Below are positions 29,565 through 40,742 of a DNA stretch of 64,000 nt, in pieces. The notes under the pieces are model-generated. The model was given only the letters and a program-made list of their open reading frames with translations. It was not told the origin of the DNA and searched no databases. A program made the position numbers and the translations under genes. The first letter of the stretch is position 1; the number at the start of each line of letters is the position of its first letter. The stretch comes from Batkoa obscura (Eukaryota), in assembly GCA_030770535.1 (NCBI GenBank), contig JASVEC010000001.1, positions 1,240,001 through 1,304,000 of the forward strand, written 5' to 3'.

Positions 29565-30274
29565 ACGTTGAAAATTCCAAATGTAATAATAAATTATTGA
29601 TTTAATTAGTAAACAGTATACAGCTGTTCCAGCTCTATTGAGTTTTAATTGCGGTAGTTTTTAGAGTTAGTTATATATTTACCTAGTTCTTTAAAAGCTT
29701 AATCAATAGATTTAGAGGATTTTAGCAATACTTTATTCGTAAATGAACAGTTAATTATGTCATAATAAAGTTGTAATAGTTGTAAGCTAATATAATGGTT
29801 CATTAAGCGATTTTTGAATATACATTTTTATAAAATAGAAATCGCGAAAATATAGAATTACAACAGTTAAAATATTTACTGCACTTTTTTTAATTTTTCA
29901 GACAAAACAAAGTTGAGTATAAATTAGGGACGGTTGATAAGAAAATACTGTTGCAACTGACCATCTCTATTTTTTTTGAATTTGTAGTTTATGAAATATC
30001 CTGGTAATTTTATTAAGCTATGGTAAAAAAAGCGAGCGGTTCACTAATAACTATCCTTTGGATAACTGTATAGATTGCTATCATTTATAATATTAATGAC
30101 AATAGAGTATTGAATAGTTTATAAATTATACTTTTAAAAATATTTTAAACAATTACGAAATATCTATAAAAATAAGATGATAATTTTATTTATTTAATTA
30201 TAGCTCAAGGGTAAAATAAAATTAGCAATAGAGAAATTAGAAGTAATAATTAATAGTAAAGACAAAAGTACAAT

Positions 30275-31615
30275 CTAAGATGATTTTTCCAAGCTATGAT
30301 CAAAGGACTCAACTGGAGCTTCAGCTTCTGAACTTTGAGTTGTTTTAAAAGCAACGATAAGTGCAGGGATACAAGCGACAGCAAGTAAAATCCAATTGAT
30401 CAAAAGTTGAGGCATATATTCTAATTTACCGGAATCTAATCCCCAAGAGATAGCACCACCAGCGGATTGAATGCCTTTATAAAAACCAGCATACCTAGCT
30501 AAAATAGAAGCATCATTAGTTTGTGCTCCCATTAACCAATAAGCCCAACTTTGTAATATAGCATCAGCAAACCCATAAACTAAATAAAGTACTAATAAAG
30601 GTCCATATCTGGAATCTTGGAAATCTACTTTAACCCATTCATGTTCAGTTTCTCTAGTATATTGAAGTTGAACTACATAACCTCCGGCCCACATAGCCAT
30701 CATAATAGAGAATACAATAACTAAACCTACAATGGCTCTAGTCTTACGATTTAAACGTTTGAAATCCATTAATAAGCCGAAAAGGTAAGCACCAAACATT
30801 TGAGATCCCCAATAAACTACATTATTTAAAGAACGGGTACGTACATTAAATAAGACACCGTTATAAGCATTGAATTGATAAGTATAAAGCCAGTTAGTGG
30901 TAAGGAATAATGGGATTAATAAAATCATTTTCCATTCAGTGAATACTTTAAGAACACCAACAATCTCTGTCTTAGCAGATGGATACTCAATAGTTTCAAC
31001 ATGTCTGCCATCGGATTTAATGACTTTAGCAGGTGCAAGTAAAGATAAAGAAAGTAAAGACCCACAAAACATAATACACATAAATGCAATATAAGTAGAA
31101 TCAGTAACATTTGGATTAGGATTAGTATAATTAACACCAAATGAAATCAAACCACCAATAACACCACCCATATTGAAAATAATCCAAAAGATAGAAATAT
31201 ATTTTCCTTTTTCATTTTCAGTTGGATAACCTAACATAAGGGCACCTTGTGCGGACCATAACATACCAGCACCAACACCCAATAAAGCACCAGCAATAAT
31301 AGTAAAAGCACGTGCACCTCCTGGACTAGATTCAGCAATATGACCATAAGCTAACATAGCACCAGTATATAAGACATAAGTTAAAGAACCGATAAAGATA
31401 GTCAATTTTGGACCTAAGAGATTAGTAATGGCACCACCAAGGATACCAAAGATAGAGAAAGTAGTATAAAGAGCAGTGTTTGCTTGAGAAGCAATAGTTG
31501 GATCAACTTGACCACCACCACCCATACCATTTAAAGCATTAAACATACCGGGACAAGCAAAGCAAATGAAGCCGACCAGTATATTCTGGATCATAGAACT
31601 ATTGTATTTAATCAT
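30275..31615 (-). CDS. UNC-93-like MFS transporter (446 aa, intronless)
   Basis: CFACPGMFNALNGMGGGG, WSAQGALMLGYPTENEKGKY, FNVRTRSLN, RYAGFYKGIQSAG; about 12 hydrophobic segments. Confidence 0.93.
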   Translation of the reverse strand: MIKYNSSMIQNILVGFICFACPGMFNALNGMGGGGQVDPTIASQANTALYTTFSIFGILGGAITNLLGPKLTIFIGSLTYVLYTGAMLAYGHIAESSPGGARAFTIIAGALLGVGAGMLWSAQGALMLGYPTENEKGKYISIFWIIFNMGGVIGGLISFGVNYTNPNPNVTDSTYIAFMCIMFCGSLLSLSLLAPAKVIKSDGRHVETIEYPSAKTEIVGVLKVFTEWKMILLIPLFLTTNWLYTYQFNAYNGVLFNVRTRSLNNVVYWGSQMFGAYLFGLLMDFKRLNRKTRAIVGLVIVFSIMMAMWAGGYVVQLQYTRETEHEWVKVDFQDSRYGPLLVLYLVYGFADAILQSWAYWLMGAQTNDASILARYAGFYKGIQSAGGAISWGLDSGKLEYMPQLLINWILLAVACIPALIVAFKTTQSSEAEAPVESFDHSLEKSS

Positions 31616-32989
31616 AATTGTAAATTAAAGATATCAACGATTATTAAAAAAAAAGCAAATAAAAATAAAAGGTTGAATTTATAAAAAGTAACGGTGTTTT
31701 TTTAAACCTATTTATACCCTTTTGTTGATAGATTAATTTAATCTTTATAAATTTTTTGTTAAAGGTTATTCTTTAAAGAAAAACCATTCTACCTAATATG
31801 GAACATCCTTGAAAAATTTACTTTTTTTGTTCATTTCGTTTTAGTTTTGTCAATACTAATGTTTTTTTTAATGTCAACAACATACTATACTATCTTGATA
31901 TTGTTTCTTCACCTCTTTAGTTATAGTTAGTAAGCTACTTTTCAATAGCAAAACTAAAAATTAAATTTACAATCAACTTATCATTTAATAAAAATTTACC
32001 CTAATGTACCCTTATTTAAAATCAGCTGATAGTGAAATTATCATAGTTATGAACAAAGCTAGCAATCTTGAGGTTATATTAATTCTATTTTTAAAATTTA
32101 TAAGCTGGAATATAAAACTTATTCAAAACATTTAAGATAAAAACAATCTATTAAGTTGAAATAAAAGTCTAGTCTTTTTGATATAAATTTATATAATATA
32201 CTCTTATAAAATATTACTATTATTTCCTCCTTCTATGAAGTCATCAAGCTCAATGAATAGAGATATGAGTTTAGTGAGCTTTTTTTATCTCACATATATC
32301 ATGCGATTTTATTATCAATGCAAATGTTAACCTCATTTAGCACTACAACTTAATACCATAACAATATTGCCTAGCACACTATTTTACAATAAATGTTACC
32401 ATAAAATTGATTCCAGCCTAATTACTAATTATTAGGGTTAATAAGGATATAGATATAGTTTAATCTCTAATAAATAGAAATAAGCTTATAGAATTTTATA
32501 GAAAGCAAAAATTAAATTATCTACAAATATAAACTGTCACCCTGAATCCACATGATCTTAGATTAAATTGAAATAGTATTTATAAATTTAAACCTTATAA
32601 AAAAATAGCATTATCCTAAAATAAGTATGATTATATCAATCGGTTACTTGATCATGGGTTTTTTGTTATATTTATGTTAAATATTTTTATTTTCTAATAT
32701 TCCAAACTCAATATTTGATTATCAGAAGCTGATATTATTTTATTTAGTAAAGCTAACATACTGTGTGAATTTTAATTGGATTAGTTTTAGTTTTAGATAC
32801 TAAGGCTGCTTAAGTAATATATAATAGTGGCCTTTAGATGCTAAGAATAAAAAGAGTTACTAACTAAAAAGATAGAGCTAATTTTTTAAGAAAATTTACA
32901 CAAATTTAAAACAAAGCACCTTATTTTGGTATAAAAATAAGTTATTCAAGGTGTTAATGACTAAGGTTCTAATAGCTAGAAATAAAATC

Positions 32990-33782
32990 TTTTGGAGAAG
33001 CCAATGGAGAACAATATAAAATAAGTAATAGGAGGATTGATTGGTGGGCAAATTTAACTAACAAGTTATTTATACAAGTTTTATTTATTTATACTCAATG
33101 GTAGGTAAATAAATTTTTCTAGTTTTAATGACTTCATTAAATATCGTTTGCAAATCTTATATCTAAAGTTTTATAATCTAAAAGATAAGATTCTGTTTGT
33201 CATAGGATTTTCATACATGATTTTTTTATCCTTATCTAATAACATTCATATGGGGGTGTTTTTTTTGGCTTCATCACTTTTTCCTTTTTTTTTAAGCGCT
33301 ATTTGAGTGGAAGATTGTTAGTAAAATCCTTAAACATAAAAATACATCCTCATATAAAGAAGATGGCAAGCTACTTAAATGGGCCATTAATAATTCAATT
33401 ACAGGCTCAAACGTAAATAATGTATTTGTTATAATTAATGAGCAATTTAAGATAATAAATATAAAACTGTGTAATTTGATACCAACTTTAATACGTAAAG
33501 CATTCAATCTATCCTGATATTATTTAAAATGATAATAAAAAATAGAGAAATTGATACTCTGGTTGTTCTTTTTATTAAAATAGGGCATTGCTTTTATATT
33601 TGATGACTTATACCCAAATTCAAATAGGGTTTATACTCAATACCAAGTCCATTCACAGCCTGGAACCCAAAACTTGATAGTACTTTCAATTCTTGTACTA
33701 AGTCACTAAAGCTTGGTAGAAACTTATCATTGTATAATAAATCAGAAGTGTTAATTACTACATACCTTTTAATGGGAATCAT
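32990..33782 (-). pseudogene. Possible decayed cytochrome P450 relic
   Basis: Broken frames resemble the P450 at 12789 in the same order: VVINTSD..KFLPSFSDL..V..FG (vs VVISDS..KLLFSEI..V..MG), LNALRIKVGIKLHSF (vs LDILGNTIMGFDLNCL), IFNEVIKTRK. Stops, frameshifts and a MITE interrupt it. Confidence 0.35.
33252..33351 (+). mobile_element. Sola-like MITE copy 5
   Basis: GGGGGTGT...ACATCCTC with perfect TSD ATAT/ATAT. Confidence 0.92.
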
Positions 33783-34210
33783 GTCATATTATAGCTTATA
33801 AAAGCTATCGCTTTAGCATACTATCAAGAAATAGATTGTACTATATATTTCTAATTTCAATAACACATATATTTACAATGCCTTTTGTTTAATGACTTTT
33901 TATTAATTAATTTGTTCATTATTAAATAGTTAACTATACTGTACTTTATATAAATACGAAAGTGTCTTCAATGATTATATAACTTACTTTATGACTACGT
34001 TCAATCCATGTTTTTATAATTTTTAAAATACTATGGATATGTAGGCGGCTCCAAGGTATCAATAGACCCATTGCATCAAAGGAGAGTTGATATTATAAAA
34101 AAAACAATTACATTCAAATAAAAGCATTTAATTAATTAATGAAGTTATGCTTTACCTTTCACTATGTAGTTATAGATTTATTAATTTGGAATCTCACTTA
34201 TACAATACAC

Positions 34211-34307
34211 GGGAATGTATTTTTTTGTTTAAGGATTTTACTAACAATCTTCCACTCAAATAGCGCTTAAAAAATAGAAAAAGCGATGAGACCAAAAAAA
34301 CACCTTC
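34211..34307 (-). mobile_element. Sola-like MITE copy 6
   Basis: Full-length family match; flanks ACAC/ATAC. Confidence 0.85.
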
Positions 34308-34910
34308 ATACCCTTTCAATTACTATATATAAGCGTCAAGTGGAGCTTGAAGATCTAATAGTGACTCTGGACGCATTTAAAACCATTCATTGTGAGTTTT
34401 TTGATAGCTTACTTGTATATCCTTATAAATAATTATATATTATGTGTTTAATCAAAAATGCTACTGTTTGAAAGATACTATTGAATTAATGCTATTGCTG
34501 CTGATATTGGCAATAGCGTAATTAGAGTTTTTGGTTTAGTTTTGTTAAGGTTATAAAAAAGTTTGAATCTATTGTATTTTATAAATAATTGTAATATTAA
34601 TAAATAACATAAAATATTAACTTTATAATTTAAATTCTAAATTTTCAATTAATAAAAGATAGTGTAAAAAAACTACCAATTGCCTATTAAAAGTAAAATA
34701 TTAATCAAAATAACAAGTAAAATTAAAACTATTTGTCACTTTAAATTATATTACATTAGCATTGTTGATCTAATAAACACTATCCACCCATTTACAAAAT
34801 AGTTATAAAGTAAATCATCAGCTTTAATTTTTAAATACGAAATAGATACGTTATTTGTTAAAAAAATTTACATACTAATATTTTATCAAAAAAACTAGAT
34901 TTGAGTATTT

Positions 34911-34983
34911 TGCCTTCTATCGGAATCGAACCAATGACCTTCCGCTTACTAGGCGGACGCTCTGCCAACTGAGCCAAGAAGGC
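34911..34983 (-). tRNA. tRNA-Thr(AGT)
   Basis: GCCTTCT acceptor stem, TGGCTCAGTTGG A-box, anticodon arm TCCGC-CTAGTAA-GCGGA, GGTTCGATTCC B-box. Confidence 0.97.
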
Positions 34984-35163
34984 TTTACTTATTATTTAAT
35001 AATATTCATAATATATATATTCTGCAACAAAATCAAAAAATATTCTACACATTTTTTTAATTTTTAAATATATAATAGTATTCATTGTAAAACTCTGTTA
35101 AATATAAAAAGTTATTTTAAAATATTTAGCTATTTTAAAAACTGCTTAAAAGATTTATAATAG

Positions 35164-35261
35164 GAGGATGTTTTTTCTGGTTTCATTACTTTTTCCATTT
35201 TTTAAGCGCTATTTGAGTGGAAGATTGTTAGTAAAATTCTTGAACAAAAAAATATATCCCT
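35164..35261 (+). mobile_element. Sola-like MITE copy 7 (end split by an LTR insertion)
   Basis: Left TSD ATAG at 35160-35163 recurs at 35729-35732 beyond the inserted LTR. Confidence 0.88.
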
Positions 35262-35724
35262 TGTGAAAATTGGTACTCAGTGGTAGGAGTTAAAAGCAGT
35301 GCTTGCTTCATTAACTTGCCTTGAGCCCAACCGTCTTAGTTTATGTGACTAAGATAGACTTAGATTAATAGGAATAATACGTAATAAGCTACAAACTATG
35401 TAAAACAAATAGAATAGACAATACTACTGTAAAATCTACGTAAGATATTGTCAGAAAGACTTAGTGGCTTTATTAATAGTACGATATTAGGGAGTAATTC
35501 AGTTAAAAAGCCTCGAGTTATCATGTTGAAGGATCTCTTTTATACTCCAACAAGTATGGATATTAAAACGAGAGGATGTTATTCCTTGCAGTATGAAGTT
35601 AGAAATTCTCACAGCAAATCAAAATAAAGGACTCTGACTTGATTGTGTTTGAACTTGAGAACACAGCAACTTAAGTGATTGTTGTGTTATAATCAATCGA
35701 GAGTTAATAAACCAATATTTCACA
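35262..35724 (-). mobile_element. Probable solo LTR (463 bp)
   Basis: TGTGAAA...TTTCACA termini; 4-bp TSD CCCT/CCCT; TATAAAAG (35544-35537) followed by AATAAA (35474-35469) on the minus strand; related copies at 36453-36878. Confidence 0.8.
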
Positions 35725-35778
35725 CCCTATAGCAATTCTAAATTAAAAATTATATTAAAGTTTAAAATTTAAATATGT

Positions 35779-35875
35779 AAGGGGTTTTTTTGGTTTCATC
35801 ATTTTTTCCGTTTTTTAAGTGCAATTTGAAAAGAAAAATTATTAGTAAAATTATTAAACAAAAAAATACATCCCT
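35779..35875 (+). mobile_element. Sola-like MITE copy 8
   Basis: Family match sharing the TGCAATTTGA.AAGAAAAAT variant with copy 1; flanks ATGT/ATAT; left boundary approximate. Confidence 0.8.
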
Positions 35876-36452
35876 ATATGGGGATGTCCAAATTGGCTTC
35901 AGAATTTATTTAGATTAATTTTGGTTTTAAGTTTTTAAGTTTTTAAGTTTTTAACTCTTTAATCCATAATTAATTAAATTTAAAAAGCTTAAAACTAAAT
36001 AAAAAAATTTAATAAAAATAATAGTAGACATTTATCAGATAATATATATTAAATAAAAGTAAAAAAATGATACATAATAAATATTTTAACAACTTAACAA
36101 ATAAAGCAGTGATTAAGTTAATATTTTTTAAATATATACTAAATAATTTTAAAAATATAAAAAAAACAGGTTTATATAATATATGTATTTAGTATACAGT
36201 TAAAAAAAATTACTTAAAAATAAAATAAACATAGCAATAGAAAATAAAACAAAAATGGAAAAATCTTCTAATAAAAAAAATTGTATAAATTATATAAATT
36301 TTATATCGATATTTAAAAAAGCATATTTAATAAAACTATTAAAAAATCAAATGACAAAAGTTGTATAATAATTTTAGATTTTAGATTTTAAATAAAATAT
36401 AAAAATAAAAACAAAATTTAATTTAATAAATTTAATAAATTCAAATCATCAT

Positions 36453-36878
36453 TGTGAAAGTTGATACTCAGTAGTAGGAGTTAAAAGCAGTTCTTACTTC
36501 ATTAACTTGCCTTGAGTCGAACGGTCTTAGTTTATGTGACTAAGATAGACTTAACTTAATAGGAATAATACGTAATAAGCTACGAATTATGTAAAACAAA
36601 TATAGTAGAAGATACTACTGTAAAATCTACGTAAGATGTCAGAAAGACTTAGTGGCTTTATTAATGGTGTGAAATATCGCTTCATTAGCTCTAGGATTGA
36701 TTATAATATGATAATCAATTCAGAGTCCCTTATTTTGATTTGCTGTGAGAATTGCTACCACCTGATCATGAAGAACTTATTGTCTACATTTTAATATCCA
36801 TAATTGGCAATTATAATAAATAATAACTGTTATCATGTTCCTTATATATAGCCAGTTAGTTGGAGTATAAAAGAGATT
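36453..36878. mobile_element. Two LTR halves in opposite orientation
   Basis: 36453-36667 is a direct copy of 35262-~35480; 36668-~36878 is the reverse complement of ~35533-35724. Confidence 0.8.
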
Positions 36879-36949
36879 TTTATTTATAAACATAATAAAA
36901 TTAATAATTTAATAATGAAAAAAAGCAGATGTAATTTTTAAAAAGTATA

Positions 36950-37075
36950 AAAGAATAAAAATAAAAAATAAAAAAAATAAAAAAAAATAAAAGAATATAA
37001 AAAAATATAAAAAAATATAAAAAAATATAAAAAAATATAAAAAAATATAGAAAAATATAAAAAAATATAAAAATA
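36950..37075. repeat. A-rich minisatellite (AAAAAAATAT-like units)
   Basis: About 8 near-perfect 10-bp units plus degenerate flanks. Confidence 0.85.
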
Positions 37076-37310
37076 CAAAGTACTAAAAAGTATTTGCATT
37101 TTATTAAATATAATAATAAATCACACTATTATCCAGTATCTGATAAATTAAAAAATCAACCTTAGCTTATTTTATAAAAATAACAAAAAATTTAAGTTTT
37201 AATATTTATTAAGCAAGTGAGTATTTTATTAAATGTTAAAAACAAATTATTAAATGTTAATATTATTTAAGTTATTAATAACTAAATTAATAAATAATTA
37301 AAAAGCAAAT

Positions 37311-37408
37311 GAGGGTGTATTTTTTTGCATAACAATTTTACTAACAATTTTTCCATTCAAATAGCGCTTAAAAGATGTAAAAAGTGATGAAGCCAAAAAA
37401 ACACCCCC
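37311..37408 (-). mobile_element. Sola-like MITE copy 9
   Basis: GAGGGTGT...ACACCCCC with perfect TSD AAAT/AAAT. Confidence 0.92.
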
Positions 37409-37971
37409 AAATAGTTGTAATAATAAATAAAAAACTATTATTATATTGCTTGTATTATATAAAGATAACTAATTATAGTTTTAGAGCTAACCACTTTTTT
37501 TATGCAGCTACTTATTAGCTTAGTAATATACTAATAATACAATTGGAATGTTAAAACAATATACTTATTTAATAGAAATCTGCAATATTGGCTATAAAGC
37601 AGCTGGTAATAAATATTCCTTAGTAAGGTTTTATAGGAATATGTATTTATTTACATACTACAACTTTAATTAATATTAATATGTAGGTTATATTAGTAAA
37701 AGCTTTGCTAATATAGGAATTTTTATTAACTTTAGTAGAAATTCTGCTAATTTATAATATAAATTATAGTAAAATAATCTAAAACTGTGTTGGGTACTTT
37801 GCTTTTTAATAAAAAATTTATTTTTATAGAATTTTAAGCAAAGTTTTAAGATGTAAAATATTTGAAATTGGACAAAAAAGTGAAGTCAATTTGAACATTC
37901 ACATATATTAGCTTAAATATACAAATTTAAACAACTAAAATCTCAAAAAAAGCAATCGTTGCTGGTTTATA

Positions 37972-38044
37972 TGCCTTCTATCGGAATCGAACCAATGACC
38001 TTCCGCTTACTAGGCGGACGCTCTGCCAACTGAGCCAAGAAGGC
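37972..38044 (-). tRNA. tRNA-Thr(AGT), second identical copy
   Basis: Same sequence as 34911-34983; flanks unrelated. Confidence 0.97.
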
Positions 38045-38110
38045 ATTCTATACTAAAAATTAGATTAAATAATATCTAAAATAAAAGTTATCTTTAATTT
38101 TACTAATTTG

Positions 38111-38166
38111 TCCACTCAAATAGCGCTTAAAAAATGAAAAAAATAATGAAACCAAAAAACATCCCT
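38111..38166 (-). mobile_element. Sola-like MITE copy 10 (truncated)
   Basis: TCCACTCAAATAGCGCTTAAAAAATG...ACCAAAAAACATCCCT half element. Confidence 0.75.
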
Positions 38167-38468
38167 GTCTATATTACTGTATTAATTAACATTATTTTAC
38201 TATCGTTTGAATTAAATGATTTAACTATAAGTTGATACATGAAGTATTTAAATTAAATATGAGAATTACATTATATTTAAAAAATGCGAAATTTTGAATA
38301 TTTTAATATTTAAAATTATAAATATATATATATTTGATATAAAATTAATATAAAATAGCTTACAACTATATACTAAAGACATTTGTTAAGCATTATAAAT
38401 TAAATAAACAAAATGTTAATAAATCAAACATCTTATGATTTAATTCCTACTTTCTCTTGTCCTTGTTC

Positions 38469-39806
38469 TTATCTTTCATCTATTTCAATAGAGTCAATAA
38501 AATTACACCCAGTGTCTGACAAATATTCACCAGGCAATTTTAAAACCGCTAAACCTCCAAAAACAAGTGCAACGATAACAACTACCCAACTAGTTACAAG
38601 CTGTGCCAAATAATCAACATTATAATTGGATAAAGCATAAGCAATGACACTCCCGGTATATTGAAATGCAATAAAAAACCCCGAATACCTTATTAATAAA
38701 GTGACATTGTTACTCTGTGCACCTATAAACCAATAAGCAAATGCTTGTAACTCACCAGCTACACTGCCATAAAACATATAAAGAAAGAGTAATCCAATAT
38801 ATTTATACTCTTTTAAATCAATTTGAATCCAATCCGATTGGTTAGTGTTTGGGTAGGCTAAATGAGCAGCATAACCACCGCCCCAGACACACATCGATGT
38901 AACAAAGATCCAAGCTAACCCAATAAATCCCATGACTCTTTTTGAAAAATTTGCATTATCTAAGCTTTTATCAAGGTTTGTTGCGCCTGTTGCTTGAAGA
39001 CACCAGTAAAGTGCCTTATTAAGACCACGTGTACGTAGGTTAAATAAACGGGCATTAAATACATATGAATGATAGATATACCCCCAATTAGTGCAAATAA
39101 AAAAAGGGATTAATAAGAGCAGTTTAAAGTTGAATAAAACTTTAAGTAATCCTATTAGTTCATGTAGTAAAGTAGTGTCTTTTGTTGTTTCGACTGGGAT
39201 ATTCTCAGCAATCATGATTTTAGGAAAATCTTTAATGGTTAAGGTTAATAAGGCGCCAAAGAACATTAAAAACATGATCGAAATAAATGCAGAAAAGTGT
39301 AAGCTGGTTGTTGTGGTATAATTGATACCTAAATAAACAAAACCTCCAATCATACCACCTGTGGCATATGCGTCCCACATTTGAGAAGAACATGCTCCTT
39401 TTTCAAACTCATTGGAATAACTTAATAGCAATGCTGTTTGAGTAACCCAATATAAACTAGATCCAATCCCCGAAACACCGCTTCCAATAATAAACAAAAG
39501 CTCTTGATTATAAAAAGTGGCAGGTGATAAATAAAAATATCCCAATAATGAACCAGTGTAAAAGACATAGGTCAAGCAGCCAACAAAGAGGGCTATTCTA
39601 GGGCCTAAAAGATGAATAATAGGAGCACAAAAGAAGGCAGTTATAGAAGCTACTATATAAAATATAGTATTGCCTTTTGCTAATATGACAGGGTTGATAT
39701 GCTCATACCCTCCCATTTCTATTAAAGCACTTAATAAACCAGGGCAAAATAAACAAACGTTGAGTAAAACTCTATGGTGGAAAGAAGCAGACTCAAAGTA
39801 ATCCAT
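38469..39806 (-). CDS. UNC-93-like MFS transporter, diverged paralog (445 aa)
   Basis: Collinear with 30275-31615 (CPGLLSAL..MGG, FNLRTRGLN, AYWFIGAQSN, RYSGFF). Confidence 0.88.
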   Translation of the reverse strand: MDYFESASFHHRVLLNVCLFCPGLLSALIEMGGYEHINPVILAKGNTIFYIVASITAFFCAPIIHLLGPRIALFVGCLTYVFYTGSLLGYFYLSPATFYNQELLFIIGSGVSGIGSSLYWVTQTALLLSYSNEFEKGACSSQMWDAYATGGMIGGFVYLGINYTTTTSLHFSAFISIMFLMFFGALLTLTIKDFPKIMIAENIPVETTKDTTLLHELIGLLKVLFNFKLLLLIPFFICTNWGYIYHSYVFNARLFNLRTRGLNKALYWCLQATGATNLDKSLDNANFSKRVMGFIGLAWIFVTSMCVWGGGYAAHLAYPNTNQSDWIQIDLKEYKYIGLLFLYMFYGSVAGELQAFAYWFIGAQSNNVTLLIRYSGFFIAFQYTGSVIAYALSNYNVDYLAQLVTSWVVVIVALVFGGLAVLKLPGEYLSDTGCNFIDSIEIDER

Positions 39807-40742
39807 TGTAGGTTCGTGATAAGTGTTAAAAAATCAATTATAAAAAAAAGAAATAGGGGTTTATTTGTATATTTATACTATTTATACTATTTATACTATT
39901 GCTATAAACACACTTGCCCCATAATAATTCTTTTAGGAACATTAAATCGGATGACTATTTTTAAAGTAACATACTAAAATAATTTTTATTATGGTACTAC
40001 TATTTAACAAATATTGGTAGCGAATATTATTAATAAGTATCATTAAACTTTTTACTTTGTTTGACTATATATAAAAATAAACTCTGAATTTAATACACTT
40101 ATAATAAAAAAATATATTAGCCTTGGAAACATTATTATAGCATTTAACTTTTCTAGAATATATATGTTTAATGATGTATTTATTGAGAGCCTTTATTTTT
40201 ATAAGCAAAAATTTCAAAAGTTAGGATAAAGTATAACTTAAAAAGGTTTAAAAGGGATTGATAGCTTGAAGCAATTTTTTTATATTTAGCCTATACACAG
40301 TGGCTGAGTATTTAAGACCCTCTTTTTGAACAGGTACACTACAACAATATATTACGTGAATATATTTTTTGGTCCATCTATTTTTCCATTTTTTATGTTA
40401 TAAAAGCTTGAAAAAAGTATTAGTTAAATATTAAAATAAAGATGCCTTCTTATAAAAATTAACACATATAAATTAACCTTAACTATATAGTATTTATATA
40501 ATTCAAAAATATTACCTTTAGATGTATTCTATAGCATTCAGCATGTTAGATAGATTATATAAAAGAAACAAATGGTTAATTAAATTGTCACCATAGTGGT
40601 TTAGTATGATTTGTTATTAGTAAATACAATAAAAGCTAGATGAGTGAAGTTTATGTGAGTTTATTTTCAACTACAAAGAGAACATCAAATCTTTGGGACA
40701 TTAAATACCAACAACTTAAACTCTCCTCAACTCTACGATGTA

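Noticed and set aside
33292..33507. 71-aa ORF as a real gene
   Set aside because: Its 3' part reads through MITE copy 5; the rest is at best pseudogene debris.
40350..40450. Possible twelfth, very old copy of the 99-bp MITE
   Set aside because: Only TTTTTTGG..TTTTTCCATTTTTTA..TTAGT.AA matches; termini and TSD are unrecognisable.
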